Source: Nitrososphaerota archaeon
GTDB lineage: Archaea; Thermoproteota; Nitrososphaeria; PSMU01
Assembly (NCBI GenBank): GCA_040290255.1
Contig: PSMU01000002.1
Coordinates: 160,001-224,000 of the forward strand
DNA: 64,000 bases
Direction: 5' to 3'
The notes under the pieces were generated by a model. That model did not search any database. It worked only from the letters and a program-made list of their open reading frames with translations, and was not told where the DNA came from. Positions 47,775-55,803 of this stretch are shown piece after piece. Every line of letters begins with the position of its first letter. Position 1 is the stretch's first letter. The position numbers and the translations under genes are program-made.

Positions 47775-48740
47775 ATGGAGCGGGAGCTGTACGACATTAT
47801 CGTGCTCGGCTCCGGGCCCGCGGGCTACACGGCCGCCATCTATGCCGTCAGGGCGAACCTCAGGACCCTCCTCGTGGCGGGCCTGGAGGCTGGGGGGCAG
47901 CTGATGCTGACCTCGATGGTCGAGAACTACCCGGGCTTTCCCGAGGGCGTGCTGGGGCCCGAGCTGATGGAGAGGATGAGGGAGCAGGCGGAGAGGCAAG
48001 GCGTGCAGATCGTCTTCGACAACGCCACCGCCGTCGACTTCAAGGCCTACCCCTTCAAGGTGCAGGTGGGCGAGAGCAGCTTTGCCGCCAAGGCCGTCAT
48101 CGTGGCCACGGGCGCCTCGCCTCAGATGCTGGGGCTCGAGTCCGAGAGGAAGCTGATGGGCGCCGGCGTCTCAACGTGCGCCGTCTGCGACGGGCCGCTC
48201 TTCAAGGACTCCGACCGCGTGGTCGTCGTGGGCGGCGGCGATACGGCCATGGAGTATGCCATCTTCATGAGCAATCTCTCGAAAGAGGTCATAATAGTGC
48301 ATAGGCGCGACAGGCTGAGGGCCTCGCCCGTGATGCAGCAGAGGGCGCTCTCGAAGCCCAACGTCAAGGTGCTCTGGAACAGCGTCGTCACCGATATCTT
48401 GGGCGATAAGAAAGTTGAAGCGGTGAAGGTGAAGAACCTCCAGAGCGGGGAGGAGCGGGTCATCGCCTGCAGGGCGGTCTTCATCGCCATAGGGCACAGG
48501 CCCAACACGGAGATCTTCAGGGGGCAGCTTGAGCTGGATGAGAAGGGCTACGTGAAGGTGTACGACGGGCAGCGCACCAGCGTGGAGGGCGTCTTTGCGG
48601 CCGGCGATGTTCATGATCATAAGTACCGGCAGGCCGTGACCGCCGCCGGCTTCGGCTGCATCGCGGCCCTTGAAGCGATAGCCTTCGTCGAGAGCGGAAG
48701 GCCCGAGCAGCTGATGGCCCAAGTAGTCAGGAGCGCTTAA
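47775..48740 (+). CDS. trxB: Thioredoxin-disulfide reductase
   Basis: GSGPAG, ENYPGF, CAVCDG, GGGDTA, HRRD, QAVTAAG. Confidence 0.96.
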   Translation: MERELYDIIVLGSGPAGYTAAIYAVRANLRTLLVAGLEAGGQLMLTSMVENYPGFPEGVLGPELMERMREQAERQGVQIVFDNATAVDFKAYPFKVQVGESSFAAKAVIVATGASPQMLGLESERKLMGAGVSTCAVCDGPLFKDSDRVVVVGGGDTAMEYAIFMSNLSKEVIIVHRRDRLRASPVMQQRALSKPNVKVLWNSVVTDILGDKKVEAVKVKNLQSGEERVIACRAVFIAIGHRPNTEIFRGQLELDEKGYVKVYDGQRTSVEGVFAAGDVHDHKYRQAVTAAGFGCIAALEAIAFVESGRPEQLMAQVVRSA

Positions 48741-48765
48741 GTGAGGCGTGGGTTAGAGGGCCACG

Positions 48766-49500
48766 ATGGAGCCCGGGAGAAGGGAGGAAAAGGAGCCGGT
48801 CCACATAAAGGCCAAGCCCGAGGACGTGGCGGAGCTCTGCCTGATAATGGGCGACCCGGCGAGGGTTGAGCACGCTTCATCCGTGCTATCGGAGCGCAGG
48901 CTGGTGAACGCACACAGGGGCTTCATCGCCTATACCGGCATGTATAGGGGCCTCAGGGTCACCATGGCCTGCCACGGCGTGGGCGGGCCCTCAGCCGCGA
49001 TTGCGGTGGAGGAGCTGGCGATGCTGGGCGCCAAGCGCTTCGTGCGCCTGGGCACGACGGGCGCATTCTTGGAGGGCATCGAGCCAGGAGACGTAGTAGT
49101 GCCCACGGCCGCCCTGTACAGGGATTCGGTCCCCTCACTATATCTAGGCGGCTCCGTGGGGCCCACGGTCCCCGACTATGGCCTGCTTCAGGCAGTGGTC
49201 CGGGGGCTGGAGGAGAGGGGAATAAGAGCGCACCTCGGGCCCGTCTTCTCCAGCGATGCCTTCTACCTGGAAAGCCCGTCCTTTGCCAGCGAATGGGCCT
49301 CAAGGGGCGCGCTGGCCGTGGAGATGGAGTGCGCCACCATCTTCGCCGTCGCGGCCGTCAGAAGGCTACGGGCCGCGGCCGTGCTGATCGTCAGCAACAA
49401 CCTGGCCAGGCGCACCAGGATGCTGGACGCGGAGGAGCTAAGGCCCACCGCGCTCGCGGTCACGAAGGCCATCTTGGACGAGCTCTCGCGGGAGCGCTAA
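48766..49500 (+). CDS. Hexameric nucleoside phosphorylase (DeoD/Udp type)
   Basis: GDPAR, HGVGGPS, RLGTTG, SSDAFY, VEME. Confidence 0.9.
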   Translation: MEPGRREEKEPVHIKAKPEDVAELCLIMGDPARVEHASSVLSERRLVNAHRGFIAYTGMYRGLRVTMACHGVGGPSAAIAVEELAMLGAKRFVRLGTTGAFLEGIEPGDVVVPTAALYRDSVPSLYLGGSVGPTVPDYGLLQAVVRGLEERGIRAHLGPVFSSDAFYLESPSFASEWASRGALAVEMECATIFAVAAVRRLRAAAVLIVSNNLARRTRMLDAEELRPTALAVTKAILDELSRER

Positions 49501-49532
49501 GCCTAAAAGCCCCCTTGGGCTTCGGCGCCTGG

Positions 49533-50771
49533 TTGAGGTTTTCTATCCCTCCCTCGCTCTGCCTGGCCTGCCGGGGGGCCAAGCTGCTCTGCGGCCTGGC
49601 CTTCTGTCCCATAATCCTAGAACATAAGGCGAAGGCCAGCCGCCTCCCGCCCCTAAAGGAGCTCACGGGCTCCTCGCCTCCTTCCGTCTTCGTGGGCAGA
49701 TATGATTACCCAAAGGTCAGGGTGGGTGCCCTCGCGCCTCCTAGGCTCGGCGACACGAGCGAGCTGGACCTGCCGGAGCTCTGGACGGGCAGAAGGCTCG
49801 AAGAGGTGGTCGAGGCAAGAATAAGCCTGATAGGCGGCTTCAGGAGGCTGCCGGTGCAGGTGGCCAGGGAGCCCGACCGCTACCTGCAGGGCCTGCAGCT
49901 GCTCTCGATGAGCGAGAGCTCCGTTCCGCTCTATATGACTTTCGAGCGCCTTGTAAGGGCCCGGCCCACGTTCGACGAGCATCATGCCCCCTTTGGGCCC
50001 TCAGCGCTGCTACAGCGGCTCTCCTTTGAGGAGGAGCCCAAGCCGCTCGGCCATCTAGAGAAGGCCTATTATGACCTGGACCTAAGGGCGGAGGAGGCCG
50101 TAGTTCTTCTGTATTCGGCCGGCCTCTCCATCTACGCAATCCAGAGGGCCTTTAGCCTGGGCTGCTTCGGAAGCGGCAGGGCCAGGAGGCTCGTGCCCAC
50201 GCGCTGGAGCATAACGGCCGTGGACGACATGCTCTCCCAGCATAACATAGCCCTGCTGAAGAAGATGCCGGAGCTGGACAAGCCGAGGGTCTTCGTAAGA
50301 AGGGCGCACCTCAATACCTTTGTGGCCATCCTGCTGCCCAAGAAGTGGGCCTTTGAGTGGATAGAGGCCTGGTTCCCGAGGACCACCTGGAACCTTCAGC
50401 GCTCGGGTGCGCCGGAGCTCATGGGGGACTATGAGCCCTTCAGGGGCAGAACCGAGTATGCGCGCGTGGGGGGCTGCTACTATTCCTCCCGCCTTGCCGT
50501 CACGGAATATCTGTTGGGAATAGGCAGGCAGGCCTCGGCCGTCCTGCTCAGGGAGATCCACCCCGGCTTCAGGCTGCCGCTGGGCGTCTGGTTCGTAAGG
50601 GAGAACCTAAGGGAGATGTTCAGGGGCGGCTTCCGTGAGTTGGAGTCCGAGGAGGAAGCCGTACGCTATGCGCTCTCTAACCTAACGGTGCCCCACGGTC
50701 GGTGGCTGGCCTGCAGCAGGCTCTTGCGCCTGGCCATGGTGAACAAAACTTTACTGGACTTCGCGAGCTAG
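49533..50771 (+). CDS. nreA: Nre-family DNA repair protein
   Basis: CLACRG...LCG...CP, GSSPPSVFVG, LVPTRWSITAVD, GGCYY, C-terminal PIP-like KTLLDF. Confidence 0.9.
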   Translation: MRFSIPPSLCLACRGAKLLCGLAFCPIILEHKAKASRLPPLKELTGSSPPSVFVGRYDYPKVRVGALAPPRLGDTSELDLPELWTGRRLEEVVEARISLIGGFRRLPVQVAREPDRYLQGLQLLSMSESSVPLYMTFERLVRARPTFDEHHAPFGPSALLQRLSFEEEPKPLGHLEKAYYDLDLRAEEAVVLLYSAGLSIYAIQRAFSLGCFGSGRARRLVPTRWSITAVDDMLSQHNIALLKKMPELDKPRVFVRRAHLNTFVAILLPKKWAFEWIEAWFPRTTWNLQRSGAPELMGDYEPFRGRTEYARVGGCYYSSRLAVTEYLLGIGRQASAVLLREIHPGFRLPLGVWFVRENLREMFRGGFRELESEEEAVRYALSNLTVPHGRWLACSRLLRLAMVNKTLLDFAS

Positions 50772-50864
50772 GCCTTTCACGGCGTAGCCCGAGCTTAGAG
50801 CCCAAGCCTTTTAAGATGAGCCAGCAAGGCGGGCCCGCTTTGTCGCGCGCGGGGGGGCGAGCAG

Positions 50865-51188
50865 ATGGGAGTCCGTGAAGTAAAGGCGCTTTACGTAAAG
50901 AAGGTGCTCAAGCAGCTCGATGAGCTGCTGGAGGAGCTCGGCGCGGAGGAGAGGAAGGTGAGGATGCTGAGGAGGGAGGCACTTGAGTACGATAATCAGC
51001 TGCCCGGCGCGGTGCACCTTTACATCCGTTCCCTGGAGCGGGCGCTCGAAAGGGTGAGGAGGAGGTTAATGGACCTCCAGGGCAGCTGGCAGGGGCTCCT
51101 GCCCAGGCCTGACCGCCCTCTTCTGGCCGAGTGGCAGGCCCCCTTGGATGGCGAGGTTTTGCCCGATGACGAGCGGGAGGAACGATAA
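50865..51188 (+). CDS. Hypothetical coiled-coil protein
   Basis: Host-like codon usage, helical charge pattern; no recognisable family. Confidence 0.55.
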   Translation: MGVREVKALYVKKVLKQLDELLEELGAEERKVRMLRREALEYDNQLPGAVHLYIRSLERALERVRRRLMDLQGSWQGLLPRPDRPLLAEWQAPLDGEVLPDDEREER

Positions 51189-51217
51189 CCGGCGCTTGCT
51201 CCGGCCTTGAAGTCTTA

Positions 51218-51232
51218 TATAACGGCGTTATA
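51218..51232. promoter_or_regulatory. Palindromic operator TATAACG-G-CGTTATA overlapping the ZIP gene TATA box
   Basis: Perfect 7-1-7 palindrome; recurs at 58978. Confidence 0.65.
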
Positions 51233-51243
51233 GCCTCGTAAGC

Positions 51244-51990
51244 GTGGGCGCCGATCTTGTTTACTCCGCATGGCTGGGCTTTCTGGCGGGGCTCCTGCCC
51301 GTCTACCTGGGCCTTTTGGCACTTCCAGCCTTCAGGGCGGCCTCGGAGAGGCGGCGAAGGCTCCTGCTTGGCTTCACGATAGGCATCCTGCTCTTCCTCT
51401 TTGCGGACGTCACGCATGAAGCCCTACAGGGGGCCCAGGCCTCTGCTCCTGGCCCTCTCGTCTACTCCTTAGCCCTGCTCGCTGGCCTTCTGGCGCCGAT
51501 GGCCGTGGCGGGGGCAAGCCAGACCTCCAGGCATGCCGAGGGCGTCAGGGAGAGGGGCGTGCTGACGGCCTACTTGGTGGCGCTGGGCATAGGACTACAT
51601 AACTTTGGCGAAGGCCTCGCGATAGGGGCCGCGTATACGGCCGGCCAGCTCGCGCTTACGACGCTGCTCGTCATAGGCTTCGCGCTGCACAACGGCACGG
51701 AGGGCATGGGCATAGCGGGGCCCATGGTGGGGGCCAAGGTCTCGGCGCGCGACCCCGTTCTTATGGGCTTTGTGGCGGGCGCGCCCACCATCTTGGGCAG
51801 CGTCGTGGGAAGCCTGGCCTTCTCCACGCTTTTGGCGGTGGCCTTCTTCTCGGCCGCCTCCGGCGCCATACTTTATGTCGTGATAGAGCTGGCCAGGCTG
51901 GCCTATCAAAGGCCCACGGCCGCCGATGTCCTGAGCACGGCCTTGGGCATACTGCTCATGTTTGGCACGGGCCTTCTCCTACAGCTTTAG
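51244..51990 (+). CDS. ZIP-family metal transporter
   Basis: GIGLHNFGEGLAIG, LHNGTEG. Confidence 0.92.
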   Translation: MGADLVYSAWLGFLAGLLPVYLGLLALPAFRAASERRRRLLLGFTIGILLFLFADVTHEALQGAQASAPGPLVYSLALLAGLLAPMAVAGASQTSRHAEGVRERGVLTAYLVALGIGLHNFGEGLAIGAAYTAGQLALTTLLVIGFALHNGTEGMGIAGPMVGAKVSARDPVLMGFVAGAPTILGSVVGSLAFSTLLAVAFFSAASGAILYVVIELARLAYQRPTAADVLSTALGILLMFGTGLLLQL

Positions 51991-52029
51991 GCGATTAGCT
52001 TTTTTTACCGCCCCCTGGCGCCAAGGCCG

Positions 52030-52362
52030 TTGCCGGAGAAGGTAACGCATGACGAGTTCAAGCGGCTGGATATAAGGGTCGTAGCCGTCGTGAGGGCAGA
52101 GCGCATACCGGGCAGGACGAAGATCCTGAAGGCCCTTATCGATATAGGCAACAACGAGGTGCGAGAGGTCGTCGTGGGCGGCGCGGAGCACTACCAGCCC
52201 GAGTACTTTGTAGGCAAGAAGATGATCGCGGTCGTGAACTTGGAGGAGAGGGTCATCGCAGGCGTAAGGAGCCAGGCGATGCTGCTGGCGGCCGATGATA
52301 AGGGCAGGCCCGTATGGCTCATGCCCGCGGAGGATGTGCCCGCCGGCGCGAAGGTGCTTTAG
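52030..52362 (+). CDS. tRNA-binding OB-fold protein (CsaA/Trbp111-like)
   Basis: FKRLDIRV, VVNL, SQAMLLAA. Confidence 0.88.
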   Translation: MPEKVTHDEFKRLDIRVVAVVRAERIPGRTKILKALIDIGNNEVREVVVGGAEHYQPEYFVGKKMIAVVNLEERVIAGVRSQAMLLAADDKGRPVWLMPAEDVPAGAKVL

Positions 52363-52373
52363 CCGCGAAGGGC

Positions 52374-52814
52374 ATGCCGGCCCGCGCGACGGCGAAGGGC
52401 TATAGGCCACTGGAGCATACCACGGACGCCTACTGGGAGGCCTATGGCAGGAGCCTGGAGGAGGTCTTCGAGGCCGCCGCCCTGGCCCTGATGGACACCA
52501 TTTTGGATGTGAAGCGAGTTGAGCCCCTGCTCGAGGTAAGGCTCGAGGCCAGCGGCTTCGACCTAGAGAGCCTGCTCTACAGCTGGCTGGAGGGTGTGTT
52601 GCTGAAGCTCGTCGTGGACAAGCTCGCGCTGTGCAGGTTTGAGCCCTCCATCATACGCCAAGGGGAGCTGCAGCTCAAGGCAAAGGCCCGTGGCGAGCCC
52701 TTTGATTCGCGCAAGCACGGCTATAAGGTCGAGGTCAAGGCGGTCACCTATCACCGAATGGAGGTCTTCCAAGAGGGGGGCCTCTGGTATGCGAGGTTCG
52801 TCTTGGACCTCTAG
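52374..52814 (+). CDS. Archease
   Basis: EHTTD, EVKAVTYH, C-terminal VLDL. Confidence 0.92.
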   Translation: MPARATAKGYRPLEHTTDAYWEAYGRSLEEVFEAAALALMDTILDVKRVEPLLEVRLEASGFDLESLLYSWLEGVLLKLVVDKLALCRFEPSIIRQGELQLKAKARGEPFDSRKHGYKVEVKAVTYHRMEVFQEGGLWYARFVLDL

Positions 52815-52861
52815 GCCCTCAAGGCTTAAATAAAGGCCCCCGATGCTCGCCCCGAGAGCCT

Positions 52862-55759
52862 ATTGCTAGCTCCACCATCAGCTGGCAGGAGATAGAGGCT
52901 AAGTGGCAGAGGGCCTGGTCCTCCTCTAGGCTCTTCGAAGTCAACCCCGCGCCGGGGAAGGAAAAATACTTCGTGACGATCGCTTACCCATATCCCGAGT
53001 CGCCCTTTCATATAGGCCACGCGAGGACGTATACGATGGGCGACATAAGGGCGAGGTATATGCGCATGAAGGGGAAGACCACGCTCCTTTCCTTGGGCTT
53101 TCACTACACGGGTACGCCGATCCTGGCCATGGCTAGGAGAATTCAGAAGGGGGATGAGGAGGCCATAAGGCTGTACAGGGAGCTCTTCCAGATACCGCAG
53201 GAGGTGGTGGCCAAGTTCAACGACCCGCTCTACATCGCGAACTACTTCAGGGAGGACATGCGGCGTGCGTGCGAGGAGATGGGCTACTCTATGGACTGGC
53301 GCAGGACCTTCACGACGATAGACCCCTGCTACAGCAAGATGATAGAGTGGCAGTTCAGGAGGTTGCGGGCCCTGGGGCTCATCAAACAGGGCACATATCC
53401 GGTGGGATGGTGTCCCGTGGATAGGAATCCGATGGGCATGCATGACACCAGGGGCGACGTGGACCCCGAGATAGGGGAGTTTGTCACGATAAAGTTCCGC
53501 GATGAGCAAGGCGCCATCTTCGCTACGGCCACGCTCAGGCCAGAAACGGTCTACGGCGTCACGAACCTCTGGATTAACCCGCGCGCTACATACGTGAAGG
53601 CAAGGGTGGGCGCGGAGGTCTGGGTCATGGCCAGGCCGGCCGCCGAAAGGCTCAGCCATCAGCTGGACATCGCCATCGAGGATGAGGTGCCCTTGGCCTC
53701 GCTGCTGGGCAGGAGGGTCCGCAATCCGATTACGAACGCTTGGGTACCCGTGTTGCCGGCTGAGTTCGTCCTGCCCGACCACGGCACGGGCGTGGTCATG
53801 TCGGTGCCCGCCCATTCCCCCGACGACTACCTGGCCCTGCTGGAGGCCAAGGCAAAGCGGGCCGATGGCGCTGGCGCAGAGCTGCGGCCCATAGGCGTCA
53901 TCAGGCTCGAGGGGTATGGCGAGGCGCCCGCAAGGGATGCCGTGGAAAGGGCGGGCATAAGGAGCTCCTTGGACCCTCGGCTCAAGCAGGTGACGGCGGA
54001 GCTCTACTCCGAGGAGTATAACAGGGGCGTGATGAACGAGCGCACGCCCCTGGCCGGCCTCCCCGTAAGGGAGGCGAGGGAGAGGGTGAAGCGGGAGCTT
54101 GCGAAGGCGGGGGCCTCGGCGACGGTATATGAGCTGATGAACAAGCCCGTCTTCTGCAGGTGCGGCGCTGAGATCGTTGTCAAGCTGCTGAAGGACCAGT
54201 GGTTCATCGACTATGCGAACCCCGCCTGGAAGGAGAAGGCGCGAGAGGCCCTGAACTCGATGCAGATCCTTCCAGAAGGCTACCGAGCGTACTACGAACA
54301 CACGATAGGCTGGCTCAGGGAAAAACCCTGCGCAAGAAGCAGCGGCCTGGGCACCCCGCTGCCCTGGGACAGGAACTGGATAGTGGAGTCCCTCTCCGAC
54401 TCCACCATCTATATGGCCTACTACATTATAGCGAGGTACGTGAATTCGGGCCAGCTGAAGCCCGAGCACCTTAGCGAGGCCTTCTTCGACTTCGTCTTTC
54501 TGGGCCGGGGCGAGGCCCGGGAGGTGGCGCGGGCCACCGGGCTTCCGGCCGAGCTCCTGTTACAAATAAGACAGGAGTTCGAATACTTCTATCCCGTCGA
54601 TAGCAGGCACTCGGCTCATGAGCTCATACCCAACCACCTGACCTTCTTCATCTTCAACCACGTCGCGCTCTTCGAGCGCAAGCACTGGCCAAGGGCGATA
54701 GTGACCAACGGGCACGTGCTCATGAAGGGGCAGAAGATGTCCAAGTCGCTCGGCAACATAATACCGCTCAGGCAAGCGATAAGGCGCTACGGCGCGGATC
54801 CGATAAGGATCGCGGTGACCGCCTCGGCCGACCTGGCCTCGGACGCGGACATCAGCCTCGAAAGGGTGAGGGAATACGCCTCCAAGCTCGAAGCGCTGTA
54901 CGCCTTTGCCAAGGCTCTGACGGCCCAGCCGCTCCCCTCGCCGCGTGAGGTGACCTTGGACCTCGAGGAGAGATGGCTCCTGAGCATGGTTCAGGCCAGG
55001 GCGAGGGCGGCCACGGAGGCCATTGAAAAAATGGACGTGAAGGGCCTTGTGCTTCAGGCGCTCTTCCTGATGGAACAAGATATCCAGTGGTACCTTGAGT
55101 TCTGCAAGGCCAGGGGGAAGGGAAGCGACGACGCTCGTGTCAGGGCGGCGCTCGGACAGCTGCTCGATGCCAGGGTTAGGCTGCTCGCTCCCGTGACCCC
55201 TCATCTATGCGAGGAGATATGGGCCCTGATGGGGAAAGAGGGCTATGTCTCCGTGGCGCCCTGGCCCGAACCCGAAGTGGAGCTCATAGATGAAGGGGCT
55301 CTGGAGGCGATGGGGATGTTACAGGCCCTGGTTCAGGACCTACAGGCCCTTTCCAGGCGCAGGAGCATAAAGGGCAAGAGGCTGACGCTCTACGTGGCTG
55401 CCCAGTGGAAGAGGGAGCTCTACTCACGCGTGCTCAGGGGCCTCACGATGGGCGGAAGGCCCGATGAGGTGATACGAGCTGCCCTGGAGGGCATGGGCGG
55501 GGAGCTCAAGGGAGCGCCCGAAGTGGCCAAGAAGATGGCCGAGCTTATCCTGCGCGACCCTCCCGACGTGAGGCAGAGAAGGCTCAGGCTGCAGGACTTC
55601 GATGAAAAGGCCTGGCTGAAGTATGCGGCGCCCTTCATAAAGCAGAGGGCGGGCGCGGCGGAGGTGCTGGTCTATTGCGAAGAGGAGGCGGAGGGCCGCG
55701 ACCCGCTGGGCAGGTCGAAGCTCTCGCTGCCCTTCAGGCCCGGCATCTACTCAGAGTAA
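52862..55759 (+). CDS. leuS: Leucine--tRNA ligase, archaeal type; start probably the non-canonical ATT
   Basis: PYPESPFHIGH, TLRPET, ESLSDSTIY, KMSKS; conserved IEAKWQRAW lies in frame upstream of the track's GTG at 52973. Confidence 0.95.
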   Translation: MASSTISWQEIEAKWQRAWSSSRLFEVNPAPGKEKYFVTIAYPYPESPFHIGHARTYTMGDIRARYMRMKGKTTLLSLGFHYTGTPILAMARRIQKGDEEAIRLYRELFQIPQEVVAKFNDPLYIANYFREDMRRACEEMGYSMDWRRTFTTIDPCYSKMIEWQFRRLRALGLIKQGTYPVGWCPVDRNPMGMHDTRGDVDPEIGEFVTIKFRDEQGAIFATATLRPETVYGVTNLWINPRATYVKARVGAEVWVMARPAAERLSHQLDIAIEDEVPLASLLGRRVRNPITNAWVPVLPAEFVLPDHGTGVVMSVPAHSPDDYLALLEAKAKRADGAGAELRPIGVIRLEGYGEAPARDAVERAGIRSSLDPRLKQVTAELYSEEYNRGVMNERTPLAGLPVREARERVKRELAKAGASATVYELMNKPVFCRCGAEIVVKLLKDQWFIDYANPAWKEKAREALNSMQILPEGYRAYYEHTIGWLREKPCARSSGLGTPLPWDRNWIVESLSDSTIYMAYYIIARYVNSGQLKPEHLSEAFFDFVFLGRGEAREVARATGLPAELLLQIRQEFEYFYPVDSRHSAHELIPNHLTFFIFNHVALFERKHWPRAIVTNGHVLMKGQKMSKSLGNIIPLRQAIRRYGADPIRIAVTASADLASDADISLERVREYASKLEALYAFAKALTAQPLPSPREVTLDLEERWLLSMVQARARAATEAIEKMDVKGLVLQALFLMEQDIQWYLEFCKARGKGSDDARVRAALGQLLDARVRLLAPVTPHLCEEIWALMGKEGYVSVAPWPEPEVELIDEGALEAMGMLQALVQDLQALSRRRSIKGKRLTLYVAAQWKRELYSRVLRGLTMGGRPDEVIRAALEGMGGELKGAPEVAKKMAELILRDPPDVRQRRLRLQDFDEKAWLKYAAPFIKQRAGAAEVLVYCEEEAEGRDPLGRSKLSLPFRPGIYSE

Positions 55760-55803
55760 AGCTCATCAGCGGCCCCTGCCGCCTTAAATGCCAGGTGAAC
55801 CAT

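Noticed and set aside
49293-49532. N-terminal extension of nre (similar extensions on coxG, DUF929, Nudix, lhr and ecfT in the track)
   Set aside because: They overlap neighbouring genes or promoters; recognisable motifs start downstream.
52826-54469. 547-aa minus-strand ORF
   Set aside because: Antisense shadow of leuS; no motifs; expected with high GC3.
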